From contig JAJYZB010000002.1 of NCBI GenBank assembly GCA_021800275.1, positions 70,997 to 134,996 on the forward strand: a stretch of DNA of 64,000 nt, read 5' to 3'. Numbering within the stretch: the stretch's first letter is position 1; every line of letters begins with the position of its first letter. Both the position numbers and the translations under genes were made by a program. This stretch comes from a bacterium. GTDB taxonomy: Bacteria; Vulcanimicrobiota; JABDET01. The notes below the pieces were generated by a model, which was not told the DNA's origin, did no database searches, and was given only the letters and a program-made list of their open reading frames with translations. This document shows, in pieces, positions 56,091 to 64,000 of the stretch.

Positions 56091-59000
56091 TTACCCCCTC
56101 TCTGCCAGAATCACTTTGATCTGTTTAGCAACAGTACTTTGATTCCCGGCTCCATTGAATGCGCGAACTTGAATTTGCTTGATGTTTGAAACAGGGATAC
56201 CTAAGAAATTAAAATAAAACTTTTCTTTTTTTGAATCAAAAAGCCCATTTTCAGGGACCGCTTGAAACCAGGCTCCACCTTTCATTCGAATTTCAACGTT
56301 CCTAACATAACTTCCCAAATCCTCTGCTTTTCCCTCTACATGAAGAAATCCATTCTGCACATCTACTTTCGTCACAGAAATCTGAGGGATGGTGGAATCA
56401 AACGTTAAATTTTTAATCACTTTCTTCTCTATTATGACCTGTGTAGGAAGATTAGAAGGGGCATTAGAAATAGCAAGTTTCAAATTTAACGTCCCATTTT
56501 GGTGTATAAAATTCAATGGGATTATAAAAGGAACTGCTCCTTTTATAGGAGTCGAAAAAAGATTGGAATAAACTTTTTTCTCCTTTCCATTTCTCTGAGT
56601 CCAGATTTGAAGAAGGAGAGTATTCCCATCAGAATCCTGCAGAGTTCCACGCAGCATTGATTTAAAGTCAATCACATCTCCTGATTTGGGCAGCAAGAGG
56701 TTAACAACAGGGGGAACACTTTCAGGTTTCCAAAAAATCTGTACTCCACTTAGAAGAGGACTCTTTCCTCCAGAGGCTTTAGCAAGAGATATCCTGAACT
56801 GCAGATATCTTCCATTTCCTACAATCTTTCCTCCTGAAGAAGGATAGGGGGGTGACCATGAACTCCAAGAAGAATTAACGATAGGAGTGCTGCCAGTCCT
56901 TGTTCTGACCACAATATCAGAACCTTTGGGTGTTTTCCCATACCATATGAGTCTTCCCCACAGCGAATTAATCCCAGAGTTCAGGACCTGAGACAAAAAT
57001 ACTCCATGATTAAACTCTTCATCCGAAAAATGGAAGAGTCGAGAAGAGATTCCCGAAACAACAAAATCATCCCCCTTCCCGCTCCCTTTCAATCCAATTT
57101 TTAAAGAACTGTCCAGTGAAAGCGCTCCATTCCATAAAAGAGAAACAGCTCCGTTATGGCGGATAGAATAAAGCGCCGCTGGAATTCCAGTTCCCGCCAA
57201 CAAAGTTCCGCGCTTTATCCCTAGCCAGGTAACATCCTGTGAAGGCAGAGTGGCTAAAAGACGCAGAACACCATCAGGTTTAAGCTTATAAACCATTCCA
57301 TTTCCTGAAACACCAATGAATAAATCCCCTGCTGAATTTTCGACCAAAGAAAGAACTGCCTGGGCATTTAAATCAGCTGCAGTTTGAACTTTCCCTTTTC
57401 GGCTAATCCGTAGCAAAAGCCCGTTGTTTGCTGTGCCTGCGTAAACGCCATGAGCATCCGGACAAATGACAGTGATGTGTGACTCCGCTGTTCTAGCAAA
57501 AAGAATGGGAGGATGCTCAGGATCCAGGCGATTTATCGTATAAAGGGCGCCTTCAGGATTCCCTGCGGAAAAATAAACGGTATTACCATAAGGAATAATA
57601 TCCCAAATATATTTTTGAGGAATCTGATAATCATGAATGATTTTCCCATGAGGACTAAGCCAGTAAAGACGTCCATCCATAGTTCCAGCTAACAGATCTC
57701 CGTTTGGTAAAGAAGCCAGACTTAAAATTGCAATACTTCTAGAGTCAAAAAATAAAACTTTCTTTTTTTTAGTAATTTTATAAATTTTTCCAGGGTTCGC
57801 AGTTCCAACATAGGCAGCTTCATTAAACCAGGCAAGTGAAAAAAGATTGTTTTGTTTAAAATACGCTAAAGTCCTTAAATCAGGAGAAATTAAAAGATTC
57901 CCATCTGGTGAGACGGCAAGATGTTTCAGTATTCCATTCTGCCAGCTCTGCATCCGATCAAAAGAAAGTGTCATCACATTGCTCGGCTGCTGCAAGTTCA
58001 CCATGGGAAGAGAAGGTAATGGGTTAGCAATTCCTTTCTTCTCTCCCTGGGTTGAAATTCCAGATAATTTCTTCTTGACCGTTTGCTCAGATCCAGTTTT
58101 ATTAGATAAATCAGCCTCTGCAGGCAAATCACTTGACAGAAATCGAAATCCATTCTGAGATGTCCCAGATAAAATGGGATGGGGCTGAACAGGAAGAATA
58201 TGAATCTGAGGCTGCTTCAGCTTGGGCTGAAAGCTTCCCTCAACCATTACGTGTTTAATTATATTCCCCAAGATGACATATGGCATTCGATAGACTTCTT
58301 TCAAAGTATCGGGATGTATAACTAAATTTTCAGAACCTGCTGTTTTTAAAAGAGCGGCAAAAGGGGAGGGAAAATTCGAATACGATTTTCCTTCCCAATT
58401 AATGGCCCCTCTAGGCAGCCCAAGGCGAACTATCAAAGAATTAAAAGGAGGCGATTTTTGAATCTGATGAATAATCTCTCTAATATTTAAAGGAGATGCC
58501 TCTGGAATATTCATGTTCCTTTTCAGCAGATCATTGGCTGTTCCCCCAGCCACTCCAACCTGAATCATTCCTTGAACATCAGACGGAATTTTAATTCTCA
58601 ATTTTTTTTCTACCACTTTCTGGTCATACGGTTTCAGCCAAACTCTAACTCCTAAAAATCTGCCTGGTCTAACTTCTTCTCTATCTAAAACCACTTTCTG
58701 CAGAGTTGCTTCCCTGATCCCTGACTTAACATTGACTCGAACATTCACTTTCAATAAATGAACTTTTTTAAAATTATTTTCCAGTACTTTTTCAATTGGG
58801 GCTAGAACGTCTAAGGTCGTAATGGCTGAAATGCTCGCTTGAGAAAAAAGAAGATTTTTCTTTCGAATTGGAGGATATCCTTGAAATTGCACCGTGTAAG
58901 CAAGTGATGCTGTTGCTCCTCCTAATAATTTTGTAACAGCAGGAATCGCCTGACTCACTGCCAGAGTCGCAAGTCTTGGGGTCAAAACAGAAGATCGGAT

Positions 59001-60056
59001 AATTCGAACATGAAACTCTTTTTTTATCCTTCTCCGCTTGTCGAAAACAGTGATGTTAATCGGTATAAGAGAAGCTGGTTTGCCCAAAAATCCCCCAATT
59101 CCATAAAGCCTATCCTGGGCTATTTGCCCCACGGGTCGAATAGGAGAAGCAAACTTAAAAGGAAGCTCCAAACTTGGAAGGATATAATGGACATAGGTTT
59201 GGACCATTGGAAAATCCACATTCCCAAGGAAAAGGAATGGATGGCCGAAAGCCAAAACCTGAGATCCACTGCGGTAAGTCAGTGTCCCGGTAGCCACCAA
59301 ATTCATGTCGCCTTCCATTAAAGCAACTCCAACAGATTGTCCGGGCTCAACAGGAGGAGGATCTTTCACTGTCATTTTTCCTCCCCCAGGAACGATCGCA
59401 TCCATTGGGAAGATCCTCCCAAGAGTTTCTAATCCTTCGGCATTAAATCCTGAAGCTGATAAGACTCCTCCCAATGGGACTAAAGACAATGAATTGGGGG
59501 AAGCATTGAAATCTTCTCGACTCTCAGCATTCTGCCCTCCGGGAATGTCAGCAGTTATCGTGCTGACCATTTTCCCGCCAATCCTCAAGGCTTTTCTTAA
59601 GTGATAAGCGCCATTATAAGCGAGAGGAAGATTCTTTTCAGGGAGATTCGTTGTCAACATGGCATGAATAGGGACGACTCCAGCAACAGCGGCTTTCGTA
59701 AAGGGCCATCCATAGGCAATGGCTCCAGCTAATTTTCCGTCAAAATAAACAGGAGAACCACTCATCCCAGCGACCAGGCCAATTCCTCTCTTAGCGAGGA
59801 AAGGGCTCTCAACTTTTACGAGAATCAAATCAGCCCCTGAAATAAACTTTGGAATAACTCCTAAAACAACCACCTTAAACGTCGAAATTTTAGTTCCCTC
59901 AAAAACTGTTTTGCCATACCCAACCATTCCGCGATGCAAATTCCGAGCAGAGATAAAATGTCCTGAAGCAAAAGCAGGAAAAATTAAAAGGATGGCAGCA
60001 AAGGCAAAAAAGAAAAAGCGTCTCATCTTTCTGATTTCAATTTTTCTCCGTTTCAT
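56091..60056 (-). CDS. Very large secreted protein: N-terminal SpoIVB-like (S55) serine peptidase domain plus long beta-rich C-terminal region
   Basis: 'GLVAGMSGSPVYFDGKLAGAIAYGW' serine-protease motif; ATG at 60056 gives 'MKRRKIEIRKMRRFFFFAFAAILLIFPAFASG', which looks like a signal peptide (ORF track opens at 60155, overlapping tsaD). Confidence 0.6.
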   Translation of the reverse strand: MKRRKIEIRKMRRFFFFAFAAILLIFPAFASGHFISARNLHRGMVGYGKTVFEGTKISTFKVVVLGVIPKFISGADLILVKVESPFLAKRGIGLVAGMSGSPVYFDGKLAGAIAYGWPFTKAAVAGVVPIHAMLTTNLPEKNLPLAYNGAYHLRKALRIGGKMVSTITADIPGGQNAESREDFNASPNSLSLVPLGGVLSASGFNAEGLETLGRIFPMDAIVPGGGKMTVKDPPPVEPGQSVGVALMEGDMNLVATGTLTYRSGSQVLAFGHPFLFLGNVDFPMVQTYVHYILPSLELPFKFASPIRPVGQIAQDRLYGIGGFLGKPASLIPINITVFDKRRRIKKEFHVRIIRSSVLTPRLATLAVSQAIPAVTKLLGGATASLAYTVQFQGYPPIRKKNLLFSQASISAITTLDVLAPIEKVLENNFKKVHLLKVNVRVNVKSGIREATLQKVVLDREEVRPGRFLGVRVWLKPYDQKVVEKKLRIKIPSDVQGMIQVGVAGGTANDLLKRNMNIPEASPLNIREIIHQIQKSPPFNSLIVRLGLPRGAINWEGKSYSNFPSPFAALLKTAGSENLVIHPDTLKEVYRMPYVILGNIIKHVMVEGSFQPKLKQPQIHILPVQPHPILSGTSQNGFRFLSSDLPAEADLSNKTGSEQTVKKKLSGISTQGEKKGIANPLPSLPMVNLQQPSNVMTLSFDRMQSWQNGILKHLAVSPDGNLLISPDLRTLAYFKQNNLFSLAWFNEAAYVGTANPGKIYKITKKKKVLFFDSRSIAILSLASLPNGDLLAGTMDGRLYWLSPHGKIIHDYQIPQKYIWDIIPYGNTVYFSAGNPEGALYTINRLDPEHPPILFARTAESHITVICPDAHGVYAGTANNGLLLRISRKGKVQTAADLNAQAVLSLVENSAGDLFIGVSGNGMVYKLKPDGVLRLLATLPSQDVTWLGIKRGTLLAGTGIPAALYSIRHNGAVSLLWNGALSLDSSLKIGLKGSGKGDDFVVSGISSRLFHFSDEEFNHGVFLSQVLNSGINSLWGRLIWYGKTPKGSDIVVRTRTGSTPIVNSSWSSWSPPYPSSGGKIVGNGRYLQFRISLAKASGGKSPLLSGVQIFWKPESVPPVVNLLLPKSGDVIDFKSMLRGTLQDSDGNTLLLQIWTQRNGKEKKVYSNLFSTPIKGAVPFIIPLNFIHQNGTLNLKLAISNAPSNLPTQVIIEKKVIKNLTFDSTIPQISVTKVDVQNGFLHVEGKAEDLGSYVRNVEIRMKGGAWFQAVPENGLFDSKKEKFYFNFLGIPVSNIKQIQVRAFNGAGNQSTVAKQIKVILAERG

Positions 60057-60069
60057 CTGGTTCTCTGCA

Positions 60070-61074
60070 TCAACTAAGAAACCCTTCCAATTGAGGAATA
60101 ACATCCATGGTAAGTTCTTCTTGAACTCCTTTTTGATATAAAAAACTAGCGGCACAAGCGATCATTGCGGCGTTGTCAGTGCAAAATTTGGGGGAGGGGT
60201 AATACAGAGAAAAATTAAGTTCTTGAGAGGCCTGTTTTAGTTTCTCCCTTAAACGGGTGTTGCAGGCAACTCCACCTGCAAGCAAAACCTGCTTAATGCC
60301 GGTGTTGGAAATCGCTCGCTTAGTTTTTTCCACCAGAGGATCTACCACTGCCTCCTGAAAAGAGGCAGCAGTATCTTCTATGGAAAAATTTTTAAACTCC
60401 CCTCTTTTCTGCGCATTCATCACAGCGGTTTTCAATCCGCTGAAACTGAAATCCAGAGAATTAGATTCTAAATAGCTCCGAGGAAATCGAATTTTCTTTG
60501 GATCTCCTTTTGCAGCCAGCTTATCAATGATAGGCCCGCCAGGATATCCTAAACTCAAAATCCGCGCCACTTTATCAAAAGCTTCTCCTGCGGCGTCATC
60601 ACGGGTTGTCCCAAGAGTTTCCCAAGAAAAATGCTCTCTCATTTTAACGAGGCAGGTATGCCCTCCTGACACAACAAGAGCGATAAAAGGAAACTCTAGT
60701 TCGGAGTGCTCTAAAAAGTTAGCATAAACATGAGCAACCAGGTGGTTGACACCCACCAGAGGGAGATTCAAAGCAGCAGCCAGGCTTTTCGCTGCTGCTG
60801 CACCTACCAACAAAGCTCCTACCAGACCTGGACCTTTTGTGACAGAAATTAAATTCACCTGATTCCAAGAAATGGCGCTCTGCTGAAGCGCCTGATCTAT
60901 TAAAATATTAATATTCTCAAGATGTTTGCGTGAAGCAATTTCAGGGACTACTCCTCCATACTCGCTGTGGATCTCAACTTGAGAAGATATCAAGTTTGCT
61001 TTTATTTTAACGGCATCTTCCACAAATGCGACTGAAGTTTCATCACAACTGGTCTCAATTCCTAAACAAATCAT
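60070..61074 (-). CDS. tsaD: tRNA N6-adenosine threonylcarbamoyltransferase TsaD
   Basis: 'MICLGIETSCDETSVA' N-terminus, 'GVNHLVAH' motif. Confidence 0.9.
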   Translation of the reverse strand: MICLGIETSCDETSVAFVEDAVKIKANLISSQVEIHSEYGGVVPEIASRKHLENINILIDQALQQSAISWNQVNLISVTKGPGLVGALLVGAAAAKSLAAALNLPLVGVNHLVAHVYANFLEHSELEFPFIALVVSGGHTCLVKMREHFSWETLGTTRDDAAGEAFDKVARILSLGYPGGPIIDKLAAKGDPKKIRFPRSYLESNSLDFSFSGLKTAVMNAQKRGEFKNFSIEDTAASFQEAVVDPLVEKTKRAISNTGIKQVLLAGGVACNTRLREKLKQASQELNFSLYYPSPKFCTDNAAMIACAASFLYQKGVQEELTMDVIPQLEGFLS

Positions 61075-61616
61075 GATGGTTGGATTTCCTGGAAATCCGA
61101 TTCTCCTTTATCAAAAGGTTCTTTTAATTTTTGCAGTTTGAGTTTGAAATTTTCTCCTCTTAAATTTCCCGCCCACATAATAACAGCATTTTCATTTTCT
61201 TCCATATAATAGTTCTTTCTAATCCCGACAGATAAAAATCCAAATTTTTTATATAAATTCTGGGCAGCCTGGTTGGATTCTCTGACTTCGAGAGTAGCCC
61301 ATCTAGAACCTTTCGAGGAGGCAAACGCCAGTAAATGGAAAAGGAGCTGTTCTCCAATTTTTTTTCCTCTATATTCAGGATGAACAGCAATAGTCGTAAT
61401 ATGAGCTTCATCCAGCACAATCCAAATGCCTGTGTAACCCACTAAAATTTTTTCATATCGAGCAGCGAAATAAAAAGCTAAACGATTGTTGGTTATTTCA
61501 TTTATAAAAGCGACCGCTGGCCAATATGACTTGAAAGTCTGTCTCTCGATGGACATCACTTCATCAATATCGCTTTCAACCAGTGGCTGGATGGAAACTC
61601 TCAAAACATCGCTCAT
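61071..61616 (-). CDS. rimI: GNAT N-acetyltransferase, RimI-like
   Basis: 'HITTIAVHPEYRGKKIGEQLL' acetyl-CoA-binding motif; sits between tsaB and tsaD. Confidence 0.75.
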   Translation of the reverse strand: MSDVLRVSIQPLVESDIDEVMSIERQTFKSYWPAVAFINEITNNRLAFYFAARYEKILVGYTGIWIVLDEAHITTIAVHPEYRGKKIGEQLLFHLLAFASSKGSRWATLEVRESNQAAQNLYKKFGFLSVGIRKNYYMEENENAVIMWAGNLRGENFKLKLQKLKEPFDKGESDFQEIQPS

Positions 61617-61619
61617 GTC

Positions 61620-62306
61620 CTAGCTTCTCTTTCTTTCTATTTCGGCGTTAGATCCTCTTAAATACAGCGGATCAACAGCAAATAAATCGCCACTCAATAT
61701 ATTCTTCTTCTGATAAGCCAGAATCCCTATCGTAGAAGCTTTTATGATACCCGAAGAATCAGCGAATAAAGCTTCAGGAAGCCCTGCTGCAAGCGCATCG
61801 CGAAAAGGATTATTTTCACCCACCACAATCCAGGATCCCTTGTATCTCTGCGCCTTGATCACAATTTTGTCAGGAGAAAGACACCCAAGCTCTTCTTTTA
61901 AACTCAAAGAAGAGCCGCGGCCTTCGAAAAAGCCATAAAAAAGCTCTCCCCTTCTTGCGTCAATACAAGATAAAATCATCCCATTCCAGGGGAGAACTTG
62001 GAAGGCTAAAGTCTCAAGTCCTGATATTCCGTATAAAGGAATTCCACGAGCTTGAGCAAAAGCGCGTGCTGTTGCCAACTGAAGCCTCACCCCGGTAAAT
62101 GAGCCTGGACCAATTCCAACAGCAAGAGCATGCACTTGCTCCACTGGCAGATTCGTTTCTTTTAATATTTTTTGAATGGTTGGAGAAAGCCAGATTAGCA
62201 GGTTCATTGGGGAACGAATCAGTTCTTCTGCATGAAGAACACCATTTTTAAAAATAGCCACGCTCCCAACATCAGTTGAAGTGTCAAATGCTAAAAGGTG
62301 AGCCAT
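61620..62306 (-). CDS. tsaB: tRNA threonylcarbamoyladenosine biosynthesis protein TsaB
   Basis: 'LLAFDTSTDVGSVAI' N-terminus. Confidence 0.8.
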   Translation of the reverse strand: MAHLLAFDTSTDVGSVAIFKNGVLHAEELIRSPMNLLIWLSPTIQKILKETNLPVEQVHALAVGIGPGSFTGVRLQLATARAFAQARGIPLYGISGLETLAFQVLPWNGMILSCIDARRGELFYGFFEGRGSSLSLKEELGCLSPDKIVIKAQRYKGSWIVVGENNPFRDALAAGLPEALFADSSGIIKASTIGILAYQKKNILSGDLFAVDPLYLRGSNAEIERKRS

Positions 62307-62746
62307 TCAGCCGAAATTCCTTTAGGTATGAAAGAAAATATTCTAGAATCTGAAGTCTCTCCATAAGATATCGAAATCTCCAAATGCGGAAAAGAAAAAC
62401 TGCCTTCAGCTCTGTCAATCCACTCCAGGAGTGAAATTCCATTTCCGCCCAGATACTCTTCCAGCCCAAGATCCAAAAAATCTTTAGAAGTAAGTCTGTA
62501 TAAATCAAAATGATAGACAGGGACTTTTTGACCTCGAATTTCTCCTGAGTACACATTCATTAAAACAAAAGTTGGACTGACCACTAATTCAGAAACCTTC
62601 AATCCTCTGCAGATCCCCTGAATAAAAGTAGTTTTTCCTGTTCCCAGCTCCCCCTTGAAACCCAAAACAAAACCTCGATCTAAATAACTCGATAATTTTT
62701 CTCCTAATTCCTGAGTTTGTTCAAATGAGCTTGTTTCAATCACCAT
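62291..62746 (-). CDS. tsaE: tRNA threonylcarbamoyladenosine biosynthesis ATPase TsaE
   Basis: 'GELGTGKTTFIQG' P-loop. Confidence 0.85.
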   Translation of the reverse strand: MVIETSSFEQTQELGEKLSSYLDRGFVLGFKGELGTGKTTFIQGICRGLKVSELVVSPTFVLMNVYSGEIRGQKVPVYHFDLYRLTSKDFLDLGLEEYLGGNGISLLEWIDRAEGSFSFPHLEISISYGETSDSRIFSFIPKGISAEWLTF

Positions 62747-62879
62747 TTAAATTATTTCCTGTTCAAGTGGCATTCCAAACCTTATCTTTAATCTCGCAGC
62801 ATAACATAATTCGAGTCAAAATGCAAATACCTCCCAGGAATCCTGAAAAATCGGCGGAATTTTAATCATTGGGCAAACA

Positions 62880-63827
62880 ATGGAAGGTCTAGCTAAAATC
62901 TTATTTCTGATGTTCATGGGGGGAGGAATTGCCCTTGTCGGGGATCGAATTGGGAAATATTTCGGGAAAAAAAAATTGACTATTTTCAATATCAGACCGC
63001 GCTATACCTCCATGATCTTTACTTTTCTTTATGGAATGGCAATCAGCCTTGTAACCATTGGATTTTTAGTTCTTGTATCAGGAAATGTCCGAATTTCTTT
63101 ATGGGGTGTCCATTCCCTGGAAACAGCCAAAAATAAACTGGAAAATGAAGTTCAGCAGCTGACCCATGTAACAGCAGAAACCCAGCTTGTTTTTCATTTA
63201 AATCAGCCTCTTGTTATGGGAGTTGTGAAAGGCGGCGAACCTGCTCAAATAATCGCCCGGCAGCTGCATTCCCTTTTAAAAAAAGCGAATGCGCAGTCTA
63301 TCAAAGATTACAATCGGATTGAAGCCATTCAAGGGAAAAATCAGGTTCCACTCAATACCCGTTTAATTTCTATTAAAAACACCAATTACAGCCAGGTTGT
63401 CCATTTTCTATCTGCAGCTTCAAAAAGTTACGTCGTCATCATTTCCACTACTCGCAATACTTATCTTATGGAACCCGTTTCTGTAAAATTCGGCTTAACG
63501 GCTAACAGAAAAGTGTTTGCGGCTGGCCAGATTATCACCAGCATTGAAATTGACGGGACCCAGCCTGGGAATCAAATTTTAGTCAGTCTTTTTAAACTTC
63601 TAAGCCTCCTCCAAAAATCTGCTTTAAAGGCAGGAATGATTCCCAATCCAGTGACAAATGATTTTGGCGGGAAAATTCTGGTGGCAACTCTTTTAGATAA
63701 GAAAGCTGAAATTAAAGCGATTGACGGACCTGCTGTAATTCGAGTTATAGCCCAAAAAAACATCTACATCACAGGGCCATTGGACGTCACCTTCCAAGTT
63801 AGCCCTGCTGGCATTAGTTCAGAATGA
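62880..63827 (+). CDS. Hypothetical membrane protein (N-terminal TM helices plus coiled-coil)
   Basis: 315 aa ORF with ATG start; no catalytic motif recognised. Confidence 0.45.
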   Translation: MEGLAKILFLMFMGGGIALVGDRIGKYFGKKKLTIFNIRPRYTSMIFTFLYGMAISLVTIGFLVLVSGNVRISLWGVHSLETAKNKLENEVQQLTHVTAETQLVFHLNQPLVMGVVKGGEPAQIIARQLHSLLKKANAQSIKDYNRIEAIQGKNQVPLNTRLISIKNTNYSQVVHFLSAASKSYVVIISTTRNTYLMEPVSVKFGLTANRKVFAAGQIITSIEIDGTQPGNQILVSLFKLLSLLQKSALKAGMIPNPVTNDFGGKILVATLLDKKAEIKAIDGPAVIRVIAQKNIYITGPLDVTFQVSPAGISSE

Positions 63828-64000
63828 TTTTGCTCTCTATCGATCCGGGTAGAGAAAAATGTGGATTAGCCGTCCTGGAAGATAAAGGAGAAATATTGGA
63901 TCAGGCAGTCATTCCTACTTCACAATTTGAGATAGAATTTGAAAAAAAACTTAAACAGTGGAATCCAGAAATTATCCTGGTTGGGGATGGAACATTTTCA
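63824..64000 (+). CDS. ruvX: RuvX/YqgF-like putative pre-16S rRNA nuclease, 3' end truncated by window edge
   Basis: 'MILLSIDPGREKCGLAVLED...IILVGDG' matches the YqgF N-terminus; ATGA overlap with the upstream gene. Confidence 0.6.
   Translation, partial: MILLSIDPGREKCGLAVLEDKGEILDQAVIPTSQFEIEFEKKLKQWNPEIILVGDGTFS

Noticed and set aside
1-64000. Scan for tRNA, rRNA, CRISPR arrays, transposases and integrases
   Set aside because: No intergenic region of at least 70 nt showed tRNA-like features (GTTCGA T-loop with matching acceptor stems), no repeat-spacer arrays were seen, and no ORF resembled DDE or tyrosine/serine recombinases; none are reported.

Overview
64 kb of a moderately AT-rich bacterial chromosome read in the standard genetic code (TGA, TAA and TAG all terminate long ORFs), with about 60 protein-coding genes and no rRNA, tRNA, CRISPR array or transposase/integrase detected by eye. 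All calls rest on reading the supplied ORF translations and the DNA directly; no database search was run. Housekeeping genes (purN, HU, acyl-CoA synthetase, apbC, msrA, elbB, galE, lepA, hbd, tsaE-tsaB-rimI-tsaD, ruvX-like) are interleaved with accessory content. The most notable feature is a seven-gene, translationally coupled hyf-like operon (19.6-27.6 kb) with group-4 [NiFe]-hydrogenase / complex-I architecture whose catalytic subunit has lost both NiFe cysteine motifs (Ehr-like), headed by an HTH plus PTS-EIIA-like protein. Other accessory features: a GspF plus pseudopilin operon, two two-component systems, several toxin-antitoxin modules (hicAB with an in-frame TGA in hicA, a HEPN pair, RES/Xre, PIN with a frameshifted RHH antitoxin), a divergent PaaK-like / ATP-grasp pair beside a Q/N/G-rich protein, a promoter cassette duplicated in front of two modules each ending in a membrane HD-GYP gene (three HD-GYP paralogues in tandem, two sharing a near-identical ~770 bp 3' segment; the first is led by an anthrax-lethal-factor-like HExxH metallopeptidase), and unusual receiver-domain fusions (REC-degenerate HD-GYP-SARP; REC-FAD oxidoreductase).
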